Shown here: positions 1-8,487 of the stretch, piece after piece
Numbering within the stretch: position 1 is the first letter of the stretch
Layout: the number at the start of each line of letters is the position of its first letter
IMG/VR virus record: IMGVR_UViG_3300010372_000004
Coordinates: 10,659 to 74,658 of that record
Direction: 5' to 3' (one strand)
From: a virus
DNA: 64,000 nt
Made by a program: the position numbers and the translations under genes
Notes under the pieces: model-generated
Databases searched by the model: none
The model's input: only the letters and a program-made list of their open reading frames with translations
Told to the model about the DNA's origin: nothing

Positions 1-659
1 TTTGGAGAAGCATATGGTTTGAAATACAATAAAGCTTCTTCTGGCTTTTTCTCGTAATACGGAGCTATAAATCGTGTGCTTTGTCTCGTATAGAAAGGGT
101 CCATGACTTTTTCATTAATCATTTGACTTGCTAAAGTGACAATATCAGAACTACTCTTGGTAAATGTACCACCAGAGTACAACCATTCACCGTTGTTGCT
201 TGGGTCTGGGTCATTGAATACAGTTACTTTTGAATTGTTTGCAATGTTTGCCTTATCAGCATCCATAGCAGCATAAGTAACATAACCTTTATTTCCAGAA
301 AGGCTAATTGCGTTTATTTTATTATCTAAACCTTGTTCAGCAGCCATAGCTCTGGTTTTTTCAGCACTGATATTTCTATCTAATAAACTCACTTTACCAT
401 CTACAGTTGCCACTTTATCGCTCAAGACTTTGGCTTCTGCATCAAACTTATCTTGAGCTGCTTGAAGAACTTCATCAGCTTCATGCAAGAAAATAGCTGT
501 GATTTGTCCTAGTTCTAAGGCTTCACAGTTTTTAAATCCATCAGGTAAAAAACCTACTGGAACTTTACATTTTTTAAAAATAGTTAAGTCAGTACCTAAG
601 TCGTTTGGTACAACTAAGTCTCTTAACTTTCTGGCATGGATATTCACAAATTCAGACAT
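1..659 (-). CDS. Tail fibre / tailspike (receptor-binding protein), N-terminal part; runs off the window
   Basis: Not in the ORF track because it has no stop inside the window. ATG at 659 with SD AAGGAG; open to position 1. My translation MSEFVNIHARKLRDL...GNKGYVTYAAMDADKANIANNSKVTVFNDPDPSNNGEWLYSGGTFTKS resembles the N-terminal module I recall from Acinetobacter phage/prophage fibres. Confidence 0.7.
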   Translation of the reverse strand, partial: MSEFVNIHARKLRDLVVPNDLGTDLTIFKKCKVPVGFLPDGFKNCEALELGQITAIFLHEADEVLQAAQDKFDAEAKVLSDKVATVDGKVSLLDRNISAEKTRAMAAEQGLDNKINAISLSGNKGYVTYAAMDADKANIANNSKVTVFNDPDPSNNGEWLYSGGTFTKSSSDIVTLASQMINEKVMDPFYTRQSTRFIAPYYEKKPEEALLYFKPYASP

Positions 660-662
660 AAA

Positions 663-694
663 AATATCTCCTTAATTCAGGAGATATTCTAACA
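663..694 (-). promoter_or_regulatory. RBS-occluding hairpin with nested extended -10 promoter
   Basis: Stem AATATCTCCT/AGGAGATATT (688-679 / 672-663) contains the SD; TG-T-TAGAAT at 694-686 would start transcription near the loop. Confidence 0.6.
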
Positions 695-735
695 GCTTAT
701 TTTATGTTGACTGAGACTTTTTCATAGAAAAATTA

Positions 736-1188
736 TCAGTCACTTTTGTCAGTTTTTAATGCTTTAGATTTTTTCGGGTCATCAGTGGCTGTTAAATCAA
801 CAACGTCACTTGAAAGAGCAGAGCCATAGTCTGTTGTTAAAGTTCCACCCACAGTGTTTGTATCTGTTTTCGCTGGGCTTGCTTTACCATTGGGGTTATT
901 TAAACCAGCTTTGAACTGATCTACAAAAGCTTCTGCAGCTTTATCATCTTCAGCAATATTAAAGACCACTGGCTTTTCCAATTCGTCCAACCATGCTTTA
1001 GATTTTTCAGCATAATATAAACGAGTAGGTACAACATAATTTTCATCTTTGCTAAACTTTAAAAATTCTTCAAAGATGGCTTCACCTTTGCCATTCGCTG
1101 CCTTAAAAGATTCTTTTTTATTTAAAAGAAGAATGCTTGAGTCACCCGACTTTTTGGTTAATTGTATTGCCATAGTTGTTACCTTCAA
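736..1188 (-). CDS. Hypothetical protein (start probably MAIQL, 1173)
   Basis: 150-aa ORF abutting the exonuclease gene; no recognisable motif. Confidence 0.6.
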   Translation of the reverse strand: MKVTTMAIQLTKKSGDSSILLLNKKESFKAANGKGEAIFEEFLKFSKDENYVVPTRLYYAEKSKAWLDELEKPVVFNIAEDDKAAEAFVDQFKAGLNNPNGKASPAKTDTNTVGGTLTTDYGSALSSDVVDLTATDDPKKSKALKTDKSD

Positions 1189-1997
1189 TCCATAGTCATT
1201 CGAGCACCATCTGTTTTAACTGGATGAATACTCATGTGTTTAGATAGTTCTTCGTTTGTGACCCAGATAGGGCAAACGAGTGAATACCACATTCTAACTT
1301 CATTCCAATTTTCTGTCAGCTTTTTAGCTAATTTCTCATCGAAATCAGGTATTGTTTCTGGGATACCAAAATTTAAATAATCTTGTTCTAAACAAAATTG
1401 AACCCAGTTTTTTTCTGGTTCAGCTAAGTTAGACCAAGCTTTTTCACCGAAACCTTTCAACCCTTTAATATTATCACCAGAGTCTCCCACCAGTGTTTTA
1501 TATAAAGGGATTTCTTCAGGCGTTTTACAGTAATTAGGTAACTTAGATTGTGGTTGTGTTACACCAGTGATTGCTGTCTGATCAAATAAATCGGCATCGT
1601 TTGAAGCAATTTCAATATCTACATCATTACCATAGGTTTGTTTTAGTAAACGAATCAAGGAACGAATAATATCGTCGGCTTCGACCTTGGGTATGTCAAT
1701 GATGGAGACACCGCCCATTTCTGGGAGGTCTTGTTTTTTAAACTGGTTCAACAATTCATACTTGGTTGGGTCTTGTTTATTTTTTTCACGAGATTTTGTA
1801 TTCTTATATTCAGAATAAATATCTCGTCGTTTGGCACGTGAGTCAAAACCATCAAAGGTCCAATAAACAAAATCAAAACCAAAGTTAAGCTGTTGACAAC
1901 GTCGAACCAAGTCTGGGTAACTTGTGGCTTTTGCATAATTGATCAGGAATTGGTTTGCTCCATCAATTAAACGAATCTTAATTTTTCGTTGCTGCAT
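1185..1997 (-). CDS. 5'-3' exonuclease / flap endonuclease (T4 RNase H, T5 D15, PolI N-terminal family)
   Basis: LIDGAN, FDG, R...YK, EADD, S.DAD and the H3TH motif LVGDSGDNIKGLKGFGEK. Confidence 0.92.
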   Translation of the reverse strand: MQQRKIKIRLIDGANQFLINYAKATSYPDLVRRCQQLNFGFDFVYWTFDGFDSRAKRRDIYSEYKNTKSREKNKQDPTKYELLNQFKKQDLPEMGGVSIIDIPKVEADDIIRSLIRLLKQTYGNDVDIEIASNDADLFDQTAITGVTQPQSKLPNYCKTPEEIPLYKTLVGDSGDNIKGLKGFGEKAWSNLAEPEKNWVQFCLEQDYLNFGIPETIPDFDEKLAKKLTENWNEVRMWYSLVCPIWVTNEELSKHMSIHPVKTDGARMTMD

Positions 1998-2616
1998 CTT
2001 TAGTTTCTCCTGTGTGAATCCATCTATCTAATCTAAGCTTTATCGCCTGATAGCCTGTGTTGTACTTTATTTGCATTTCTTTATTTGTTAAACCATTGTG
2101 ATAGTCCTGAATAAATTCATCTTTCGATATATTTAAACGAGTCAGTTTTGTTACATAATCAGCATACTTCTTGGTTCTTTTACCTTTATGAGCATTACTC
2201 ATACTTTCTCGATATTTTGGGTCTTTCCATTTTTCTTTCATTATGTTGCTTATTTTCTTACTTGGGTTTTTTTGAGTTCCTTTTTTATTTTGTTTATATT
2301 CTTCACACCATGTGAAACCTTCGTCTCCACCTGTGTTTTGGTTATACCCTTTAGGCATCAAACAATCATACTTAGAAATATATTCTTTCTCTAAATTATT
2401 TAAATCTTCACTAGAGAAACAACCTTCAGCTAGTACATTTATTTGGAAAATATCCCACCCATATTTCAAAGCATCTTGGTAAAGAGGGTTTTTAGCGTTG
2501 CTTATTCGTTTAGAATCTGTTTTATGAGCTGTTATTCTTTTCCGTAATTCTTTAACTGTTTTACCAATATAAATTTTACCATTTACAGTATTTTTTATTT
2601 TATAAATACAAGCCAT
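1978..2616 (-). CDS. Free-standing GIY-YIG homing endonuclease (Seg/I-TevI-like)
   Basis: CIYKIKNTVNGKIYIG, conserved R and H, catalytic E (LEKEYI), GYN, and a NUMOD3-like 'RESMSNAHKGK'. Confidence 0.9.
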   Translation of the reverse strand: MACIYKIKNTVNGKIYIGKTVKELRKRITAHKTDSKRISNAKNPLYQDALKYGWDIFQINVLAEGCFSSEDLNNLEKEYISKYDCLMPKGYNQNTGGDEGFTWCEEYKQNKKGTQKNPSKKISNIMKEKWKDPKYRESMSNAHKGKRTKKYADYVTKLTRLNISKDEFIQDYHNGLTNKEMQIKYNTGYQAIKLRLDRWIHTGETKDAATKN

Positions 2617-2690
2617 AATTTAGTCCATCAATGAGGGTGATTACTAAACATAAAATACCATCAATTACTATTAATTAATAGGTTTATATA

Positions 2691-2725
2691 AAAAGAAAAA
2701 ATCCCCGATCAAAGATCAGGGATTT
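2691..2725 (-). terminator. Intrinsic terminator after the putative SSB gene
   Basis: AAATCCC-T-GATC/GATC-G-GGGATTT stem (one G:U pair on the minus strand) followed by a T-run. Confidence 0.75.
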
Positions 2726-2744
2726 GAAGATAAACTATCTGGTT

Positions 2745-3488
2745 TTAAACTTCTTTTAAGATCAACTTTTTAAAGTTACCTTTGTCGTTTTTAATTTCTT
2801 CACCAGATAATTCAATCAGGATGTTTTCACCACGTTTTCCAGCAGCTAAAGCTTTATCCCAAACACCTTTCAACAGTTTTGATGCTGTGTAAGGAGTTGA
2901 ATAACCAAACATGGTTCCAGCAGGGATTGTTACTTTACCATCTAGGCTTGTAGTATCTTCAGCAAGTTCTAAGGTTAATTCAAAACCTAAGTACGTGTAA
3001 GAAGCAGGGTCTTTTTGCTTACACAAAGCTACGTTTTCAGCCCAAGGCATACCGTTGTGAGCAGCATTGAGACTTACAGTAGTCGCATTGTCATACGTTT
3101 TTGTGTAAACATAACCAGCTGGTGAATTGTAGTTACAAGCATGGAAAGGTTGGAATGAACCGCCAGCGTGAGAGCCTTCAATTTTTAATTTGAATTTAGT
3201 TGGTCCAAACTTTTGTTCGTCTAATTCCAAACCACCGTCTCGTAATTTTACGAAAGCAGATACAGCACTCACGGCAGCAACTGAAGCATCATCCATCGAC
3301 ATTACAGCAGCTGGTTGATGTTTAGCAACAGCATGTGTTTGAGCAACGGCTGGGGCTAAGGTTTGGGCTTGTTGAACATTTTGAGAAGCTTGTTGTTCTT
3401 GTTGAACAACTTCAGCAGCTTGTTCAGGTTGAACTTGTGCAGCAGCTGCAGCTAAAGCGTCTTGTACTGGATTTGCAGAGTTAGTCAT
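2745..3488 (-). CDS. Putative single-stranded DNA-binding / replication accessory protein
   Basis: Q/A-rich disordered N-terminus then a beta-rich domain; sits between helicase and exonuclease with its own promoter and terminator. Function inferred from context only. Confidence 0.4.
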   Translation of the reverse strand: MTNSANPVQDALAAAAAQVQPEQAAEVVQQEQQASQNVQQAQTLAPAVAQTHAVAKHQPAAVMSMDDASVAAVSAVSAFVKLRDGGLELDEQKFGPTKFKLKIEGSHAGGSFQPFHACNYNSPAGYVYTKTYDNATTVSLNAAHNGMPWAENVALCKQKDPASYTYLGFELTLELAEDTTSLDGKVTIPAGTMFGYSTPYTASKLLKGVWDKALAAGKRGENILIELSGEEIKNDKGNFKKLILKEV

Positions 3489-3605
3489 AAGATTTCTCTT
3501 TATGTTAAATGTTAAATGTTAGAGTAAAAATTATCACCTAACACACAATTAAAGTCTTTCGGTCAAAGCCTACTTCGTTTAATCAGTTATTAGGTGATAA
3601 CAGCT

Positions 3606-3634
3606 ATATTGTCTGAAAAAGATAATGCTGTCAA
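3606..3634 (-). promoter_or_regulatory. Sigma70-type promoter
   Basis: TTGACA-17 nt-CAATAT (perfect -35, weak -10) upstream of a structured leader. Confidence 0.5.
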
Positions 3635-3654
3635 ATAAAATTTAAAAATTATTT

Positions 3655-5271
3655 TCAAGCGATCATTTTTTCACCAACTTCTTTAAATGTCATAAATTCA
3701 CTAAGTAACTCACTGAAATCATTAGAAATATTTTCAGATTTAACTTTAGGGAAATAAATGACAGGGTTATCTGGGTTAGCTGCATGACTACTTTTTGAGT
3801 TGTAATGCACCGCCCACATCACATATTGATCTGCAGAATTTTCATATTCTAAACAAATAATACGCAATAACTCAGAACGAATACCACGTTTAGCACGTGC
3901 CACCGCTTGTAAAAACTCATCATCCCCATAGTTTAGACTATGGAAAATTACAGTATTTACGTGACCCCAGTTGTAGCCCACCCCTGCTGTCGCTGCAGAA
4001 GCAATGATACAATCCAGATTTCCATTTCTAAATTCTTCATCAATTTTGTCACGACGATGACGAGGTATTTGTCCATGAATTACACCAACTTTGTATCCTT
4101 TTTTGGATAACGCTTCGGCAACTGCTTCAATCTCAGCCGTGAACGTACCAAATACGACGAACGGTTCCCCTTCTTCGGCATACTCAAAGATACGCTCCAT
4201 TTTTGGGGTAATTCCATCGAACAAGCAAACATCCTGATACTTTGTTGGGCTTCCTTTAGAGTCCCATTCAATTGGGAGATTGATTCTGTTAGGGTGTGCA
4301 AGGATTTGGCGAACTCTAAGGCTGTTGGTTCCACCTGTTTTAGCTTCCAGAACAATATCTTTGATTTCGGCAATACCAGCTTGTTCAAAGGTACGGTAAA
4401 CGGATGAGACACTGGCTTCCATTGGTAAAACGTCACGCAAAATAACTTCATCAACATCACCATACATATCTTTAGCAGTCCAACATATTGAATAGTTCAA
4501 TAAAAATTTCTGCAAAACATCGTGATTAATCCACTCGGTTGGGGAATTATATTCATCCAAAATAGCGTGTTTGGCTAAGAAAAAATCATAAGAATGATAA
4601 TAATTTCTTTGAATCATGTGACAGTAAACGTAAGCCGATGTTAGTTTGCCACGTGGTGTTGGGGTCGCTGTCATAAAATTAATACGACACCAATCTGGTG
4701 TACCTTGAACAAAAGCTTGGGTTCGTTTACTTCCCCAACCACGGTAATATAAATGAGGTTCATCACAAATTACCTGAACAATATCAGCAAATTTGTGGCG
4801 CATTTCTACAATATATTTTGCATAGGCTTCTGCAGTCATCAGCCAGACTAGAACATTAGGGTCTAAAGCAATCTTCTTTTTCTGAGCTGCTGTACCTTTA
4901 ATAATTTGAACTTGGTCAGGGGTTAAATCTGGATTCCAGTCTAAAATCTCTTGTTGATTTTTCTTAATCAGAGAAGATGGTTGAATCCAAATTACTCGAC
5001 AGTTAAATTTTCCCCCTGTAACAATACGAGCCGATGTTGCTTGTAGAAAATTATTCATCGAGAAAGTTGAAGTCGATTTCCCCAAATTCGCTGTCTGGGT
5101 CTTCGGCAATAATTGTATAATCTGTTGGGGTTGAATCCTCAATAGATACCCTGTCAGAGCACACTCCGTTGGTGTTTTCCCTGTCCCAGCTTGGCTCCGA
5201 TCTAGGAATCTGGGGTTCGCTAAGAACTTTTGGAACGATTTTATTTGTTTTTCTCTCAACATTAATGTCAT
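3655..5271 (-). CDS. Superfamily 2 (SNF2/DEAD-like) DNA helicase
   Basis: Motif I AGTGKT, II DEPH, III TAT, V AGVGYN, VI QAVARAKR; own SD (GGAG). Confidence 0.9.
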   Translation of the reverse strand: MTLMLREKQIKSFQKFLANPRFLDRSQAGTGKTPTECALTGYLLRIQPQQIIQLLPKTQTANLGKSTSTFSMNNFLQATSARIVTGGKFNCRVIWIQPSSLIKKNQQEILDWNPDLTPDQVQIIKGTAAQKKKIALDPNVLVWLMTAEAYAKYIVEMRHKFADIVQVICDEPHLYYRGWGSKRTQAFVQGTPDWCRINFMTATPTPRGKLTSAYVYCHMIQRNYYHSYDFFLAKHAILDEYNSPTEWINHDVLQKFLLNYSICWTAKDMYGDVDEVILRDVLPMEASVSSVYRTFEQAGIAEIKDIVLEAKTGGTNSLRVRQILAHPNRINLPIEWDSKGSPTKYQDVCLFDGITPKMERIFEYAEEGEPFVVFGTFTAEIEAVAEALSKKGYKVGVIHGQIPRHRRDKIDEEFRNGNLDCIIASAATAGVGYNWGHVNTVIFHSLNYGDDEFLQAVARAKRGIRSELLRIICLEYENSADQYVMWAVHYNSKSSHAANPDNPVIYFPKVKSENISNDFSELLSEFMTFKEVGEKMIA

Positions 5272-5551
5272 CTTTGCTTACTCCCATGAGTGTTGTTTGT
5301 AAATTTAGAAAACGATTAGTAAATTCCTGATCGTTCAGTGTTCGAATCAATTCGAAAATATTTGCTGTAGAAGGTGTGTCATAACCAGCGAAGATTTGAG
5401 CCAGTTGGTTTTCATTTTTTAAACCAAGGCTGCTACATAAAATACCGATTAGTTCATCCCGATTGGAACGAACTAAAAGGTGATTTTCTAAGAGTTGACC
5501 AAATTCTATAGCAAATAATGTATCAAGATTTCGTTGATTTTGTTTTATCAT
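5051..5551 (-). CDS. Putative HTH (XRE-like) DNA-binding protein with acidic C-terminal tail
   Basis: 'NQLAQIFAGYDTPSTANIFELIRTL' resembles XRE-family helices; tail ends EDPDSEFGEIDFNFLDE; overlaps the helicase by 221 nt. Confidence 0.5.
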   Translation of the reverse strand: MIKQNQRNLDTLFAIEFGQLLENHLLVRSNRDELIGILCSSLGLKNENQLAQIFAGYDTPSTANIFELIRTLNDQEFTNRFLNLQTTLMGVSKDDINVERKTNKIVPKVLSEPQIPRSEPSWDRENTNGVCSDRVSIEDSTPTDYTIIAEDPDSEFGEIDFNFLDE

Positions 5552-5834
5552 TGAAGATTGAACCCAATAAGAACGCAGTGATATTTAAAAACCACTCTTG
5601 GAGTGTTTGAAACACTAAAGAGAGTATCCTGAAAAACAATGCTGTGATTATTACAGCAAAACAAATAACCATTGCCATTATGATGAATGGTACTTTTTCA
5701 TTTCGTTTATTCACACCCATATTTTCTTTAATACGAAGTAAAAAGGGTAATAAAAACCAAATGGTGTAAACCATTAAGAACAGCATAAAGGTTGGGTTTA
5801 ATGTGAACTGATATGTCATATTGTGATCTCCCAC
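5523..5834 (-). CDS. Small membrane protein
   Basis: Two to three hydrophobic segments. Confidence 0.6.
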   Translation of the reverse strand: MGDHNMTYQFTLNPTFMLFLMVYTIWFLLPFLLRIKENMGVNKRNEKVPFIIMAMVICFAVIITALFFRILSLVFQTLQEWFLNITAFLLGSIFNDKTKSTKS

Positions 5835-6049
5835 ATTTCGCCATTTTCTATTTTGGCTAATGTTTCTGGTGAAATGTTAATTAAGAAACCATGTTGTGTT
5901 CTTTGAATACAATCATGTTTGGCTTGAGTATAATTTGTTGTTGCAAACACCATTGGTATCACCAATGGGTCTACAACAACATGCACCCAATTTTGACTAC
6001 GTTCAATATCGTCCATAGTCAACATATTTGGAAATGCAGAGCTTAACAT
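5816..6049 (-). CDS. Hypothetical protein
   Basis: SD GAGG; packed within the operon. Confidence 0.6.
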   Translation of the reverse strand: MLSSAFPNMLTMDDIERSQNWVHVVVDPLVIPMVFATTNYTQAKHDCIQRTQHGFLINISPETLAKIENGEMWEITI

Positions 6050-6066
6050 TTTTAAAACCCTCTTAC

Positions 6067-6537
6067 TTATTTTTTAGCATAAGAGAAGCGTTTACTACCA
6101 TCGGTTTTAGTTGATAATTTTGGATTCTCTTTAAGAATAACTTTAACAAAATCATCTGATACTTTAAGCTTGAAGTAATTTAGAGGGTCACGACCTGATT
6201 TTTTAATCAGCGCAGCCACTGCTTTTTCATCAACAATTTGACTTGTTGTTTTGGTGATTGTTAAACCATACGATGACCCATATTTTCCAGCTGCAGGGTC
6301 TAAACTTTTGACTTCTGTTTCAATCTGTTCAATAAGATCAATAACTGGTCCATAAGCTACCACTAATTTAGCTCTAAGCTTAATTAATTCTTCCAAAGTT
6401 TGGTTAAATTCCAAACTTTGTTCTTCTCCATTTTTAGATTTTTTAGCTTTATTAACCAATTCTTCAATTTTGTTTTGAACATCTTGAAGGGTTAATTTTG
6501 CATCATTTGTAGCAACTGTTTCATTTAAAGTGTTCAT
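6067..6537 (-). CDS. Hypothetical coiled-coil protein
   Basis: SD AAGGA; heptad-like N-terminal half. Confidence 0.65.
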   Translation of the reverse strand: MNTLNETVATNDAKLTLQDVQNKIEELVNKAKKSKNGEEQSLEFNQTLEELIKLRAKLVVAYGPVIDLIEQIETEVKSLDPAAGKYGSSYGLTITKTTSQIVDEKAVAALIKKSGRDPLNYFKLKVSDDFVKVILKENPKLSTKTDGSKRFSYAKK

Positions 6538-6564
6538 GGTCTTTCCTTATTTAACGAGGGGTGG

Positions 6565-6981
6565 TTATTTAACTGAGGTAATATCGAATAGGGTTGTGAA
6601 TGTAATCTGTAAATCTTCAACCACTGGTTTGCTTAAAAGCAAATAAGAGTTCAGTATGGTTGGGTGGATATTCTGTCTTACCGCTTCAGGCATTAAGTAG
6701 CGAACATCGGCATACATCATTTTACTACCCATACCTTCAAGCTGGATTCGTTTTAAATGGGTATTTTCCATATCGAAGACAACTTCCAAACCTTTGGAAT
6801 TTTCAGTGTCAAAGATATGGGTTAGGATACCTCCATTCCATTTAACATATAAATTGTCTGCAATTCGATATTGGTTTCTATCCCGATTACCTTTGTAGAC
6901 AAGATTATGTGCAAAACCTACATAGTTTATTAACTTTCTATATAGGACTTGAGATAATGTTGGTGTTTGTATCTCAGACAT
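6565..6981 (-). CDS. Hypothetical protein
   Basis: SD GGAG with a TAACC start-associated hairpin. Confidence 0.65.
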   Translation of the reverse strand: MSEIQTPTLSQVLYRKLINYVGFAHNLVYKGNRDRNQYRIADNLYVKWNGGILTHIFDTENSKGLEVVFDMENTHLKRIQLEGMGSKMMYADVRYLMPEAVRQNIHPTILNSYLLLSKPVVEDLQITFTTLFDITSVK

Positions 6982-7026
6982 ACGTTCTCCATTGTTGGTT
7001 AATTCTTCAACTACTTATTTTTAAGC

Positions 7027-7056
7027 AAAAACCCAATCCTAAGATTGGGTTTTATT
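7027..7056. terminator. Bidirectional intrinsic terminator
   Basis: AAAACCCAATC-ctaa-GATTGGGTTTT. Confidence 0.8.
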
Positions 7057-7072
7057 AACTGATTTACATTAA

Positions 7073-7942
7073 TTATTTACGCTGGCTGTATGTTCCAATA
7101 AGAACATTATCCAATTCGCTTTGAATAAGTTTTTGGAAACTATCAGCAGCAATTAAATAATGCGCCAATAAACCAATTGGTTTTAAGCGATAAAATACTG
7201 CAACACCAGCACCTTCTTTTTCTTGGAAGTGAGTATCTACACGGAAGCGAATACTTTGTTCTTCTAAACCAAGATATAAGTCTGTAGTGAAAATAAAATC
7301 TGTTGCCAAGGTGTTGCCTTCAGCTTCAATGGCAATTTTTTCCATGTCTGAAGCTTCATAACCTAAAGCACCAGTGTTTAATTTTGAAGTGCTGTTTTTG
7401 TCAATTTTGGCATTACGAATACCAGTAATTGCTTGAGCAAAACCGATGTTTTGACCATCTTTAAAAGCATCAACATTTGCACTACCAAGGAAATTTTCAA
7501 GAGCTTCTGCAAAAGCAGTTGCATTTAAATATTCACCAGTTGTGCGAACAAATTCGATGAACAATGGGTCTTTGCGTAATTTAAGAACCGCAATGTCGTC
7601 AGCGTGACCAGCGTTTTTGTAATCGCCAAAGTTAAGCACTGTTGTTGCTGTAAGTGATACTTCAGGATTTTCTGCATCAACAAAAGTACGCTCTAATTCA
7701 GCACCTTCTTCAGAAATTCGTGACTTCACATAATCGAAGAATGAAGCTGTATCAAGAGTGTTGAAGTGACCACGGAAACGATCACGAACTGGTTCTAAAG
7801 ATTCGTCATGTGTGTCTTGCACTTCAAAATCTTTATGAATAATCACTTTACCTTTTTGCAATTCAACAGCTTTGTAGTCTTTTGCAAAATCGTAATTTTG
7901 AGTATTACCAATTGCTGCCAATTCTGCTTGTGTATATGACAT
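7073..7942 (-). CDS. YfdQ / DUF2303-family protein
   Basis: 'SLE..RDRFRG.F.T....SF..Y', 'LNFG....GHAD..AVL.L', 'FAE.LE'; adjacent to a YfdP-like gene as in prophage CPS-53. Confidence 0.8.
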   Translation of the reverse strand: MSYTQAELAAIGNTQNYDFAKDYKAVELQKGKVIIHKDFEVQDTHDESLEPVRDRFRGHFNTLDTASFFDYVKSRISEEGAELERTFVDAENPEVSLTATTVLNFGDYKNAGHADDIAVLKLRKDPLFIEFVRTTGEYLNATAFAEALENFLGSANVDAFKDGQNIGFAQAITGIRNAKIDKNSTSKLNTGALGYEASDMEKIAIEAEGNTLATDFIFTTDLYLGLEEQSIRFRVDTHFQEKEGAGVAVFYRLKPIGLLAHYLIAADSFQKLIQSELDNVLIGTYSQRK

Positions 7943-7994
7943 TTTACTATTCCAATTTAGAGATTAAAATTTGATGTTACTTTGTGGGGTTTAA

Positions 7995-8375
7995 TTAACT
8001 TGCTTGAAAACCTGTACCAGCTGGTAGCCCTGAACCCATACTTGGATTAATACCGTCTTCTTTTGCTTTCGGTGGTGTGTCTACCAAACCTTTTTGTGGG
8101 TCCATGAAGAAAACGCTTTCACGTGTTTCATCTTCTTGTTTAGAACCTTTCTGGGTTGGCATTTTATAAGCCAATTTTGCGTTGACTTTAACACCTGTTT
8201 CAGAGTCTTCAGACATTTTATCAATGGTTAACTCCAAGACTACTTTACCTGTCTTTTTAGCACCATGAACAAGTACAGCCATTGCTGTATCAGTCAAGAC
8301 TTTTGAAAGAACTTTTTCAGTGACTCCACCACCAAGTGAACCCATAAATTCTGAAACATTTGTGGATTTAGACAT
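7995..8375 (-). CDS. YfdP-like protein
   Basis: 'TNVSEFMGSLGGGV.EKVL...L...A.AV..HG.K.GKV.LEL', 'YKMPT.KGSK.EDET'. Confidence 0.7.
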   Translation of the reverse strand: MSKSTNVSEFMGSLGGGVTEKVLSKVLTDTAMAVLVHGAKKTGKVVLELTIDKMSEDSETGVKVNAKLAYKMPTQKGSKQEDETRESVFFMDPQKGLVDTPPKAKEDGINPSMGSGLPAGTGFQAS

Positions 8376-8458
8376 AGCCTACTCCTTTTATCGTTGGCTT
8401 TTACTTAAACAAAACCTCAGAGGTAAATCGAGTTGATTTGCATCTGAGGTATTACAAC

Positions 8459-8487
8459 ACATTACTTAAAAGTTTATTTCATGTCAA
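8459..8487 (-). promoter_or_regulatory. Sigma70-type promoter for the yfdP/yfdQ-like pair
   Basis: TTGACA-17 nt-TAATGT; a hairpin (ACCTCAGA/TCTGAGGT, 8414-8450) follows. Confidence 0.65.

Noticed and set aside
1978-2690. GIY-YIG gene as part of a group I intron
   Set aside because: It overlaps the exonuclease start directly, the exonuclease appears complete, and there is no room for intron core helices.
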